A DNA stretch of 64,000 nucleotides, taken from the NCBI RefSeq assembly GCF_001194135.2, contig NC_068981.1, positions 146,936,460 to 147,000,459 of the forward strand, in the 5' to 3' direction. Below the pieces are notes generated by a model. That model saw only the letters and a list, made by a program, of their open reading frames with translations. It ran no database searches and was not told where the DNA came from. This stretch comes from Octopus bimaculoides (taxonomy: Eukaryota). This document shows positions 39,971 to 52,515 of the stretch, piece by piece. The position numbers and the translations under genes are program-made. Each line of letters opens with the position of its first letter. Positions within the stretch are counted from its first letter, which is position 1.

Positions 39971-40238
39971 GATAATGATGGTTATCATCTTCGGTTTGGT
40001 TTTGATGGCTATTTCTTTCCATGCAAGCATGAGTTGGAGAAGACTTTTTGAGGTAGTATTTAAATGGATGAATGTCCTTCCTAACACCAACCCGCGTTTA
40101 TAACTAAGACACTGCATGCCATTGGCCTGCACATGTTGAATTAAACTGCAGGATACAGTGTTTATGCAGAACATACACAAGCAACACCACTACCTAAATA
40201 TATGAATGCAAAGACAAACTCACACATACATGCCATGC

Positions 40239-40297
<59 letters not shown>

Positions 40298-40344
40298 ATT
40301 TGATNNNNNNNNNNNNNNNNNNNNNNNNNNNNNNNNNNNNNNNN

Positions 40345-40380
<36 letters not shown>

Positions 40381-40560
40381 CTGGGTTTTATATTACTTCA
40401 GAACGTGTCTAATATTGCTCAGGCATCTTTTATGCAATCAAATATATTAATGTATACAAGTTATAAGCTTGTCAAGATATCAGTTGATTGATAAATTAAA
40501 TCGCTATAAAAAGTAAGAACTAATTTGAAGAAAAAGAAAAAAGACAAAAGAGAAACTTAC

Positions 40561-40673
40561 TGTTAATAGCATTTAATACAGCTTTTATGTCCTTCAAAAG
40601 TTCATTCATGGTTTCTGGATACCTCTCCTTATCAAGAAATTTATACCACTGCATACCTGCCAGCTTCAGTCTC
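40561..40673 (-). CDS. TIR/HEAT gene exon: RLKLAGMQWYKFLDKERYPETMNELLKDIKAVLNAIN (end of TIR)
   Basis: TTCATAG acceptor and GTAAGT donor, 113 bp, phase 2 in and phase 1 out, matching both neighbours. Confidence 0.82.
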
Positions 40674-41316
40674 CTATGAAGAAAAAAATATTTTGCTTTT
40701 ATAAAAGAGAAAATTCTTTAGAAGTTTAATTTAAGGTGAGACAAATTTCATAGTTATTTTTTCTTTAGATATATTAGATGCATATTCATTATTTTCTGGA
40801 AAATTCTCTGAAACTATCAATTAATCTAAACTTCAGCTTCCTTCAATATGATTGCCTTTGTCAGTTTTAACGTCCACATTTCCATGCTTGATTAAGTTGG
40901 ACAGAATTCACAGAGGTAGATTTTCTATAGATGGATGCCATTCCTGTCGCCAACCATTACCTAATTTCAAGTAAGGTAATATTTCCCCTTGGTCAGACAT
41001 AAGATTAAGAACCAAGAACACAGCTTGTATGACTATGCACATTTACAAATATCGCATGATGTCAAGAGAAGGGTACACACACACACCTATGACAAGCTTC
41101 TTTTAGTTTCCATCAACCTAATCCACTCACAAAGATTTGGTTGGCCTGGGGCTATAGTAGAAGACACTTGCTCTAGGTGCCACACAATAGGACAGAAACT
41201 GAAACAATCTTGTTGCAAAGCAAACTTCTTAACTACAGGCACACCTGTACGTAAACATGTGCCACACAAAGCTTTGTATTAATAGAAGAAAATTAAATTG
41301 ACATTCAGTCACTTAC

Positions 41317-41462
41317 ATCCCAGTATCCATAGACGAAAGGAGATTTTCATCTGAAGAAATGCTAACAGGGAAAATGCTTTTGTTTGAAATATATGCCAAG
41401 GATAATTCATCTTTACAGAATTTGGAATGAATGGAAGTTTCGCTGACAATAGATATGAACAC
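41317..41462 (-). CDS. TIR/HEAT gene exon: VFISIVSETSIHSKFCKDELSLAYISNKSIFPVSISSDENLLSSMDTG(M), TIR strand C/helix C/strand D
   Basis: TTACAG acceptor and GTAAGT donor, 146 bp. The S..S..S..C..EL..A....K.I.PV pattern is that of TIR_2-type domains. Confidence 0.85.
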
Positions 41463-43190
41463 CTGTAATAAATGATAAGATAGAAAAAGAAATGTAAGAA
41501 TATATTTGATTACCAAAATATGGAAAAAATTAACATTTAATAAGAATTTATCATAATTATAAAATAATGGATTTCCTACATTGACCGGAGTGTTAAAAAT
41601 TTATTGGAAAACAGTGGTATTAAATTAACCAAAGATATTTTATGGTATTTCTTCTTAGTATGGACTCTAGAGAGATAAACAGTCAAAGTTGACTCCAGCT
41701 GGATTTGAACTCAAAGTCAGATAAGTAAATACCACAATGCATTTTTTTATCCAGCACTCTAGCAATTTTGTACATCGATTTTGCCAATACCTATATTTAA
41801 CAGCTTTATATATTCTTCTACTTATTAAGATTTTGATGTCAGACAACCAAAAAATGTTTATGTAAAATGTGCAGTGTGTGTCTGTGTGTGCATGCCTAAA
41901 TCACCTGAAAGTAATGAGAGAATACATGGATTAAAAATATTAAGAAATATAAATGAAGTTGATGGTTTTGCAAAGATCAGACTATTTTTGCAACAGTGAA
42001 GCAGTAGCATCTGAGAAAACTAGTGATGTCCTGTGTTGGCAAATAATAAATGGAAAAAAATTAAGTGGTACAAGTTAGTTTGTCACGTGGAAAAGAGATC
42101 TGGCACTTCAGACAGAAAGTTTTATTAGTGCCTCAGGTTTGGCATGGTATCTACAGCTGGATGTAGAACAACCAATTTACAGAACACACAGGATGCATTA
42201 TTTCATGGCACCAGCACCACAAAAATTGTCTTGCCCTTGGCAAAACTAAAAACCCTTTACAGTGTGTACTGGGTTTTTGTATTGTTTTGTGGTAAGCACT
42301 TGTAACCGACAAGATAAAACTAGCTAAATGAGAACAGATTTGCTGCAAGAGATCTGTTATGGTAGTGGGAAGAGTTAACAGATGTGATACTTTTTAGTGG
42401 AAGAAAGGAAGAAGTAGTGTCAGGAGTTAGTGTGAAAGTGAGAGGATAAGTGGTGAGGAGGATGGGGCAATTGATGACTATATATACAAATACTTTAAAC
42501 ATTTTAATTTTCATTTTGGATGTGCTTTTTATGCTGGAAAGATCTGATCTTATGATATTATTATTTCTCTCAGTGAATGCAGAAGCTTTGTTGAAAAAAG
42601 GTCAACATTCATAAAGACACAAGGAAGCTATCCTCAAACCAGAGATTTGACTCATATACTACTTGCAACATAATGGATGCTGCCTGAGGTACCAAGTGGC
42701 CAGGTGGTAGCACTGAATAGGCAACAAATTATGACGAACAATCTATCCACGCAGTTTCCATCAAGTTAATTTCACCCACATGGCTTGAATAATCCAAGCT
42801 ATGGTAGAAGATATCATAGCTCAAAGTACTACTCGGTGAAATAACCAGGAACCAAATAATTGCTAAGCAAGTTTCATAACAACTCAGCTATGCTTGCACA
42901 AATTAATTCAACTAATTCGTTTTTTTTTCTTTAAGCTCAAATTTATATTTTTTACAACTGAATTTTATTGGACATTTTAATCCTTTTTTGTGATAGGTAA
43001 ATTAAGCAATAATGAAGGTAAATTGAGCAATAAATGTTTCATAAAATTAAAAGAGAATTGTGGAGGTGAAAAGCCAGAATAAAAGTAAATTAGTGTATAC
43101 TCTGATGTATATAATAACCTACTTTTCAAGTGATATCATTTGCAACAGCTATACAAGCACTCAAACAATAACATCACTTGTAAAAGCAAG

Positions 43191-43247
<57 letters not shown>

Positions 43248-43356
43248 CATTACGCACAATAAACACAATATAATAAGGCACTGAATACTATATGCTGCAA
43301 CAAAGCACCATGATCATGCACATGCAAGAAAATGTATATGTGCATATAAAGTAGAG

Positions 43357-43458
43357 TATGCATATGCATGAAAAGGAGTATGCATATGCATGAAAATGAG
43401 TATGCATATGCATGAAAAGGAGTATACATATGCATGAAAAGGAGTATACATATGCAGG
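43357..43458. repeat. 22 bp minisatellite (TATGCATATGCATGAAAAGGAG)n
   Basis: About 4.5 consecutive units visible. Confidence 0.85.
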
Positions 43459-43914
43459 AGACTGTATATATGCATGTGTGTGGTTGTGCATATAAAAATA
43501 GGTGCATGTATAGAGAATATGTGCACAAATGAAAGGTGTCTGATGGAGTGTGTGAGTGTGTATGTATGTGAGTGTGTATGCATGTGAGTGTGTATGTATG
43601 TGAGTGTGTATGCATGTGCATATTCATAGAAAAGAGAGCACTACTATTTACATAGCTGTACATTTAAGTAATTTACTCTTATAAGAAATACTGTTACACT
43701 TCATAAACAACATTTTGTTAAATGGAATGACTGGCCAAAATAGCTACTGACCTTGAAATCAGTTGTCCTAAAAACCCATCCTTGAATGTTTACTTAGACA
43801 ACTATGTATGCAATAACAAACATTTATCTTTTTACACATTTTAAATTAAGAGAGGTAATTTGAAGCAAGAAAAATTAACTTTCATGTAGCTTCTGCACTG
43901 CCCTTAATGCTTAC

Positions 43915-44140
43915 TTTAATACTTGTTTCAGTCACTTGACTGTGGCCATGCTGGAGCACCGCCTTTAGTCGAGCAAATCGACCCCAGGATTTATTCTAAG
44001 TAAGCCTAGTACTTTATTGGTTTCTTTTGCCGAACCGCTAAGTTACGAGGACGTAAAAACACACCAGCATCGGTTGTCAAATAATGTTGAGGGGGAGGGG
44101 ACAAACACAGACAAACAAATATATACACACACACACATAT
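43915..44140 (-). mobile_element. SINE family A 3' half running into the large N gap
   Basis: Reverse complement of the family A tail. Confidence 0.8.
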
Positions 44141-44154
44141 ATATATATATATAT

Positions 44155-45013
44155 NNNNNNNNNNNNNNNNNNNNNNNNNNNNNNNNNNNNNNNNNNNNNN
44201 NNNNNNNNNNNNNNNNNNNNNNNNNNNNNNNNNNNNNNNNNNNNNNNNNNNNNNNNNNNNNNNNNNNNNNNNNNNNNNNNNNNNNNNNNNNNNNNNNNNN
44301 NNNNNNNNNNNNNNNNNNNNNNNNNNNNNNNNNNNNNNNNNNNNNNNNNNNNNNNNNNNNNNNNNNNNNNNNNNNNNNNNNNNNNNNNNNNNNNNNNNNN
44401 NNNNNNNNNNNNNNNNNNNNNNNNNNNNNNNNNNNNNNNNNNNNNNNNNNNNNNNNNNNNNNNNNNNNNNNNNNNNNNNNNNNNNNNNNNNNNNNNNNNN
44501 NNNNNNNNNNNNNNNNNNNNNNNNNNNNNNNNNNNNNNNNNNNNNNNNNNNNNNNNNNNNNNNNNNNNNNNNNNNNNNNNNNNNNNNNNNNNNNNNNNNN
44601 NNNNNNNNNNNNNNNNNNNNNNNNNNNNNNNNNNNNNNNNNNNNNNNNNNNNNNNNNNNNNNNNNNNNNNNNNNNNNNNNNNNNNNNNNNNNNNNNNNNN
44701 NNNNNNNNNNNNNNNNNNNNNNNNNNNNNNNNNNNNNNNNNNNNNNNNNNNNNNNNNNNNNNNNNNNNNNNNNNNNNNNNNNNNNNNNNNNNNNNNNNNN
44801 NNNNNNNNNNNNNNNNNNNNNNNNNNNNNNNNNNNNNNNNNNNNNNNNNNNNNNNNNNNNNNNNNNNNNNNNNNNNNNNNNNNNNNNNNNNNNNNNNNNN
44901 NNNNNNNNNNNNNNNNNNNNNNNNNNNNNNNNNNNNNNNNNNNNNNNNNNNNNNNNNNNNNNNNNNNNNNNNNNNNNNNNNNNNNNNNNNNNNNNNNNNN
45001 NNNNNNNNNNNNN
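44155..45013. other. Assembly gap (N run) inside the TIR/HEAT gene
   Basis: N run flanked by (AT)n; edges approximate by a base or two. Confidence 0.97.
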
Positions 45014-45048
<35 letters not shown>

Positions 45049-45074
45049 ATGTATATATATATATATATATATAT

Positions 45075-45481
45075 AAGAATGAGATAAAGAGACCAATGGC
45101 ATAAGTAAATTTATACACAATCCTACACACATTTTCCACTCACTTCAGGCTGTCCTTTAAGTAAATAACGCACAGAGTAAACTGGATACGAGATGATATA
45201 TATCCACAAATGCAACTATAATTATCATTGGAAAATACCCACACGGATTCTATACATGGATATTTATTGTTGGAATGGAACTATACTCCAAGTACTTTTT
45301 CTTCTCCGCATCGCTCTCATTTCTTACTGCAAATCTCCTCATACAGATGTAATAATCCTTATCTTCTACTATTACCGTCTCTCAGATGAAGTGATACATT
45401 GAATTTTCCCTGAAACAGCTGTAAGACATTCTACATAAAATATAAATTTACTTATGCCATTGGTCTCTTTATCTCATTCTT
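45075..45481. mobile_element. ~400 bp element bounded by a ~40 bp inverted repeat; probable Penelope-like relic
   Basis: AAGAATGAGATAAAGAGACCAATGGCATAAGTAAATTTATA and its reverse complement at 45441-45481. Inside is a degenerate hammerhead ending GAAACAGCTGTAAGAC. Confidence 0.65.
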
Positions 45482-45630
45482 TTTTATATACACACACACG
45501 CTAATACACGACCCATGTTATATTCCCCATTCATGTTGCAACCACATCTGGGGCAAAACTAGTCGGTATACATCACTTACTCGGTATTACCTGTATCATT
45601 AGGGTCTGGTTGACTCCATTACACTTCATA

Positions 45631-45676
<46 letters not shown>

Positions 45677-46389
45677 CAGAAACAATTTAGCAACTAATAA
45701 CCATTGTAAAGCTTTTCATTCCTGCCAACCCAGTCTTATTTCTTTTAAGACTTATTTATTCACTGTTTATCAGTAAATTCAAAACAAATATAAAATTCAG
45801 TGTTATTACAGAGGCGTACATACCAGACAAGTTATTTTATCTGAGATCGCATGTTGGAACTAAAATGATTTCAGTATGGATGATACCTGTTAGCCATTGT
45901 CAATGTTTTCATTGCTCAAAACTGCAACATGGTCTCTAGTAGGTTGCAGTTCTGGGCACCAAAAATTTTGACACCATACAACAAACAAACAAACAAACAA
46001 ACAAATATTAAAGAGAAGATAACAGTCATTGTGTGTTTCTGAACAACTAACGTGTTATCATCAATGTTAATTTAACCTACTTCTAAACTATCAAATACTG
46101 CACACTGTCACCTTAACTTCACCACACATGCACACAAACAATCCATTTATATATAGGCTGTATCGCTTTGTCATGTGAGAACTTAAATGCGAGTCAATTA
46201 TACCAATAAATAAAATTCATTTGACTGAACTTCTCAATCATAAGTGTTTTGGAATAATGATCCAAACACATACTGACAATCTATTCTTGTATAAAATAAG
46301 GTTAGTAAAAAAAACAAACTATGATAAATTAAACAAAGTCAAGATAGACAACTATAATCTTTATTCTCTTTCCTTTCAGACTTATGTGT

Positions 46390-46420
<31 letters not shown>

Positions 46421-48054
46421 GTCATATTTTTGCAGGTTAAAACTATTGCCAGCAACATTTAAAGCAATCTGCATGTTCTTCATTGTGAATATTTAGTTAG
46501 ACGCAGAAAATTCTAGGACATTCTAATCTAAATCATTGTAATTTATTTTCCACCTAATTACAATATTCATAGTATCAAGCCACCCTTCTTCATTAATATC
46601 ACTGCAACACTAATGCAATTACAGTATGCCACTGCATACCAACGAAGAAGCCGCTCTGTTGCTGTCCAACCTGCTAGAAATAGCAACCAAATCTCCATAG
46701 ACTACTGTCATTAAAAAAAAAACCCACAAAAAGGAAGGAAGAACAAATTGTATACCAAGATCCTAGATAAATCTTGCCCTGAAAGAGGAATGGGATAATG
46801 GTTGTAGCTTCTTGATCAAGGACTTGAATTCATGAGGGCAGATGGGTTAGACAACATCACCTGTAGCCACCGGTACTAATGATTACAGCTCTCATAAGCC
46901 AAGATATTAACTTCCATATAGTTGCTAGACTTGAACTTAGTGAATGTGACTGCTGGGTTTCTCTTGAGTTGCACCCTTCTATCTTAAATGGCAAGTGGAA
47001 ACGTTCAGTTTTACATCTGTTTTTCCATGCTAGCATGGGTCAGATCATCAGGTTACTGAAGCATTGTTTTTCAGCTAGATGCCTTTCCTAGCCCTAACCT
47101 TCAACTGTGAGAGATCTCTTATTCCACACTTCAAAGACATGAAGAGTGAACAGACAATTTATTAACAGAAGTACAAACAATACTATTCAAATATCATGAG
47201 TTTCTAATATTCAAGCAAAGTTCTAAATATACAGACACATACATGCACATACATAAATGCTAGGGTTTCAGACCTCACATCTCTGATTGCTCTATTGATG
47301 TTGGCCCAGGACTATAGCAGAAAACACTTGCTCAACAACATACCATGCAGTGGAAGAGAACTTAATTACACATCCATGCTGCCCACATCTATCTTGTGAA
47401 GGCTGAAAGGGGAAAAGCAGACAAAAGGGAATATCTAAAGAAATTAAAATGGTTTTAAGCATTTTAAACTTGCCCAACACAATTACACAGACAGAAAACT
47501 ATACAAATGCAAATCTTCTGTTGTCTTAATAGAGAGAGAAGGATCAAAAAACATTTTTCTTTTTTCAGCAGAGATGGTATTTGTTATTTGAGAACCATTA
47601 CATTATTGAATATAGCATGAGATAGATCATGTACTGTTCTGACAGTTTCAAAGTTACACTGGTCTCCTTCCATATTACTAATGCATAAAGTCTCTACCTT
47701 TCAAGCTACAAATCACCAGGATTACCAGTTTCATGATGAGAAATTCTAGAATATGGCATTTATGTTCTTCAGTTTCTTTTTGAATTTGTTCTCAAAACAG
47801 ACACAAACCGATTAGGAAAGAGCTGTTGGCATTCAGTATTTCCTTGTGCATGATAAGCTTAAGTATTTTAAACATATCATATATGCATATAGACATAGTT
47901 GACTCATTTGAACAGGCATGTGATGAGAAAGCCTTCACTTCCTTGTTTGCTCAAGATGATAGCAATATTTCTAATCATGTCACTCAAATTATCACATACA
48001 AGGAACACAAAATTCACAGAAGTAATGGTTTTCACTCAAAGAGAAGTCATTAAA

Positions 48055-48870
48055 TTTACAAATAAATGCATGAAATTTTGATACAATATAGATACAATAA
48101 TGGAAATTAATATGCACCAGTCAAATTTTGCAACATCAGTACATCACATATGAAAAATGACATCGCTTAAATGGCAGCCATTTTCAGCTTCGCACACCCG
48201 TACTCTTTCCAAAACTTGCACCATAACACCCTCAAGAGTTTCAGACCCCACTTCTCTGATTTCTCTATTGATGTTCTCCATCAGTTGCACCAGGGTCTCA
48301 GGGTTTTTGATGTAAACCCTCTCTTTCAGGTATCCCCACAAGAAAAAAATCCAAGCTAGTCAAGTGAGAGTAACATGAAGGCCAGTTGAAATTGCTGTAG
48401 CAGATTATTCTCTCTCCAAAGCATTGCCATAACAACTGCATTCTCTTGCAGTATGAGCAGTTGTCCCATCTTGCTGGAACCATGTGGGAGGTCTACTTTA
48501 AATGGCCTTCACGTTACCCAGACTCGACTAGCTTGGATTTTTTTCTTGTGGGGATACCTGAAAGAGAGAGTTTATGTCAACAAACTGGAGATCCTGGTGC
48601 AACTGAAGGAGAACATCAATAGAGAAATCAGAGAAGTGGGGTCTGAAATTCTTGGGGGTGTTATGGTGCAAGTTTTGGAAAGAGCACAAGTGTGTGAAGC
48701 CGAAAATGGCTGCCATTTAAGTGATGTAGTGGTGTTACAAAATTTGACTTGTGCATATTAATTTCCATTATGTCTTTTATATTGTATCAAAAAATTTCAT
48801 GCATTTATTTGTAAAGTTACGGAAATTATAATAAATTGAAATCCATCAGTGAATTTTGGGACATCTTGTA
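48055..48870. mobile_element. Tc1-like transposase 3' end duplicated in inverted orientation (fold-back)
   Basis: DFFLWGYLKERVY..P.TL.QL.ENINREI..CEAENG.HL reads on both strands. The right arm ends in a TIR-like GAATTTTGGGACATCTTGTA. Confidence 0.85.
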
Positions 48871-49789
48871 TCTGCACAGAAAGCAAGTCACAACATCCAT
48901 ATACAAAAGAATCATGCCATTCACACAGAAAAGACAAATAAATTATGTGAAGTCTTAGTTTGGATGCATTGAATTTGATTTCCCCCCACTTGTTTAATAA
49001 CTAGGTTGTACTGATAACTACATTAGATAAACTTCATAAAAGGTTACAACTCCTTGTTATTTGCCAGTCTAAAGCTGTCCACTCCAATACTCTTATCCTA
49101 TTTCACAGTGACTGGCAAAAAGTTTATTGCAGCAACATAGTAACATCTGGCCTATAACACATTGGAATTTCAAATCAGTTGACCTTATATAGTAGCTACA
49201 AAAATGTTCACATTTTGCTATAAAACAAGCATACAGCAAGTACACTGCTTCTACCAGAGACTAATTAATCCTACCCTATTAACTTAATACTCCAAGTATT
49301 ATATTTATAGCAATGAGCTAAACAATAAAATGAAATGCAGTTACTATTGCGTAACACAAGTAACTGTAGTTGTTTCAGTTTATATTTTTATATTTCCAGT
49401 CATTTCAGTAATGCAATAAGTGAGATACCAGCTCAAAAAGGTCTCAAGTTCAAAATCTTTTATGGATATTTTCATTGTGTACTGAAATCCACATGCTTAA
49501 ATTCTACATACCTCATATGATTTTAGGTTCTAAACTAGAGCCGAACACTTACCCTAAAAAATCCTCTTAAGGAATGCGAGTCAACTATACCAATAAATAA
49601 AATTCATTTGACTGCCAGTCCTCAGTCAAACCGTCCAACCCATGCCAGCATGGAAAGTGGATGTTAAACAATGATGATGATGATACCGTTAAGTAAAATG
49701 TAAATGTAGAACCAGACAAAGAATGGGAAATTATAGTTTAACCTATAATTACATATGTGTACAACAAAGCCATAAACAAAGATAGATGC

Positions 49790-50120
49790 AAATGTGGTTG
49801 TGTGGTAAGAAGCTTGCTTCACAACTACATGGTTCTGGGTTCAGTCGCAGAGCTCCTTGAGCAAGTCTTCTATTATAGCCCCGAGGCCGACCAAAGCCCT
49901 ATGAGTGGATCTGGTACATAGAAACTGAAATAGGCCCATTATGTATGTGTGTGTGTGTGTGTGTCCATCACTGCTTGACAACCAGTGCTGATGTGTTTAC
50001 ATCCCTGTAACTTAGCAATTCGACAAAAGAGACTGATAGATAGGCTTAACAAAAAACAAGTACTGGAGTTGATTTATGACTAAATTTTTTCAGGGCAGTG
50101 CCCCAGTATAGCCACAGTCA
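49790..50120 (+). mobile_element. SINE family A
   Basis: Same family, diverged. Confidence 0.78.
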
Positions 50121-50359
50121 TGCATCTTATTTCTGTTTGTTGTAAGGATTTCATTTTGTACAGCTTTCTAGTAAATATTACAGTGGAATTGAACCAAAAC
50201 TACAGAATACAATACTTGTGAGTTTAATAACTCCCTATACCCCTGCTGCTGCTAAGCACTGACAGGGAAGCCTCCAATGACTTGACATGCTAGAAACAAC
50301 AGTGAAATAAAGAGAAAAAATTGCCTAAAATAGTTTGGCAAGACTTCCGCCCATCCCCA

Positions 50360-50680
50360 CCCCCAAGACATGGGACGAGGTGGTGAAGCATGGTCTTCTG
50401 ATGTTGGGTCTCACGTAAGAGATGACAAATGATCGAGACCTTTCGCGGTTTGCTGTGCTTGAAGAAACTCAACAGGTCAAATGAAATCGTAGCTGTGGAC
50501 AGTGCCAGTGACACGTAAAATGCACCCAATACACTCTCAGAGTGGTTGGTGTTGGAAAGGGCATCCAGCTATAGAAACCAAGCCAAAATCAGACTGGAGC
50601 CTGGTACAGCCGTCCGGCTTACCAGTTCCAGTCATACCGTCTAACCCATGTCAGCATGGAAAACGGACGCTAAATGATGA
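50360..50680 (+). mobile_element. RTE-type LINE 3' fragment
   Basis: KTWDEVVKH..MTNDRDL and the shared 3' UTR ending GGAAAACGGACGCTAAATGATGA. Confidence 0.78.
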
Positions 50681-51572
50681 CATCTACACATTTCAACCTT
50701 ATCAAGTGTGTTATTAGTGCATGTGTACATATTACCAGATTGTATTTGAACAACTTTTTCTAAACTAAATGCAAGAGCGTTCTTATCCACTAAGCCATTG
50801 ACACATGTGCACCCTCTATCATAGGTGAGGTGTCAGCTGAATGGTTACACACATAATCACATAGGTTTGTCTCGTGATAAGCTGCACATAACAGAACCCG
50901 AGTAGCGATGGAATGTTAATCATCAGCTTCCAAAAAATACTAATAAACACCACTATATACATAAAGTACTCTTCCTATTGTTCGAGTGCTTTCATATAAC
51001 ACGCGGACCCACACATGCACTATTGTACAAAAACAAACCTACAGGTATATATATGCATGATTCATCCATTCATTAAACTATCTTTTAAAACGGAAAACAA
51101 ACAATCCGCTTCACTAAATATACAATTTAGCCATACTGTGACGAGTACTGAAAATTAAAAATTGTTACAACATAAGTTATATCTCTGTAAACCAAAAAAG
51201 GGATCAATGTGGTTAGTTTCAGGCTTTGTTAAATCTTCAGAGAAAAATTTTCCCCATCATCTGTCGCTTTTAGCAACTTATATTCAATACAGCTTTGCTT
51301 ATTTCTCAGTGAGGCCGTAAACAAACAAACAAAAGTTATCCAAGAAAAATGTGTCGTGTAGCACACATATGCAAAAGCATGCTTATACATGTACAAAACA
51401 CACATTAGCCTAATTACGGCGAGACAGCTGGTAAATTGTATGATAAAATTGTTTTCTTTTGACAAGAGTAAAAGATTTCGAATATCCCAGAGTTTAAGCT
51501 CCGTAACAAAATTTTCAGGATGGAAAATAAAGTTGGTCGATTCCTTTCACATGAAAAACAAACATATCTTAT

Positions 51573-51960
51573 AGGCGGAGGGGTGGCTGTGTGGTAAGTA
51601 GCTTGCTTACCAACCACATGGCTCCGAGTTCAGTCCCACTGCGTGACACCTTGGGCAAGTGTCTTCTACTATAGCCACGGGCCGATCAAAGCCCTGCGAG
51701 TGGATTTGGTAGACGGAAACTGAAAGAAGCCCGTCGTATATATGTATGTGTGTTTATGTTTGTGTGTCTGTGTTTGTCCCCCGCCCAACATTACTTGACA
51801 ACCGACGCTGGTGTATTTACGTCCCCGTAAACTAGCGGTTCGGCAAAAGAGACCGACAGAATAAGCACTAGACTTCCAAATAAGTCCTGAGGTCGATTTG
51901 TTCGACTAAAGGCGGTGCACCAGCATGGCCACAGTCAAATGACTGAAACAAGTAAAAGAG
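51573..51960 (+). mobile_element. SINE family A, full length with CpGs intact
   Basis: Same sequence as 11401-11775. Confidence 0.85.
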
Positions 51961-52164
51961 TATACCTTGTTTAAAAAAGTTACGAGGAAACGATGGACCG
52001 GGGGAATGCATGCATAAAAGAACTAATCGAATTAGCTTGCATTTTGAAAACGTTTTGTTTTGGAGCGTAAAATTCCGGAATACACAATATCTCTTTTTGC
52101 GATAAGAGGTAACAAGTAAGAAAACAAGAAAAATGTACTAGTATGGTGATTCCATATTTAGAAG

Positions 52165-52515
52165 TAGGCGTGGTTGTGTGGTGAGAAGCTTGCTTTCCAA
52201 CCACATGGTTCCGGGTTCAGTCCCATTGCGTGACACCTTGAGGCTACTATAGCCTCAGGCCGACCAAAGCCTTGTAAGTGGATTTGGTAGACAGAAATTG
52301 AAAGAAGCCCGTCGTATATATGTGTGTATGTCTTTGTTCTCCACCACCACCGCTTGACAACCGGTGTTGGTGTATTTACCTCCGCGTAACTTAGTGGTTC
52401 GGCAAAAAAATATCGGTACCAGGCCCAGGCCTAACTCCTGGGTTCGATTTGTTCGATTAAAACTCAAGGCGGTGGTGCAGCATAGCCGCAGTCAAATGAC
52501 TGAAACAAGATAAAA
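52165..52515 (+). mobile_element. SINE family A
   Basis: Same family with a small internal deletion. Confidence 0.8.

Noticed and set aside
44006-45139. 300+ aa ORFs across the N run (also 56019-57214)
   Set aside because: Open only because N codons contain no stops.
47826-48053. 75 aa plus-strand ORF inside the TIR gene intron
   Set aside because: No recognisable motif, no splice support, short.
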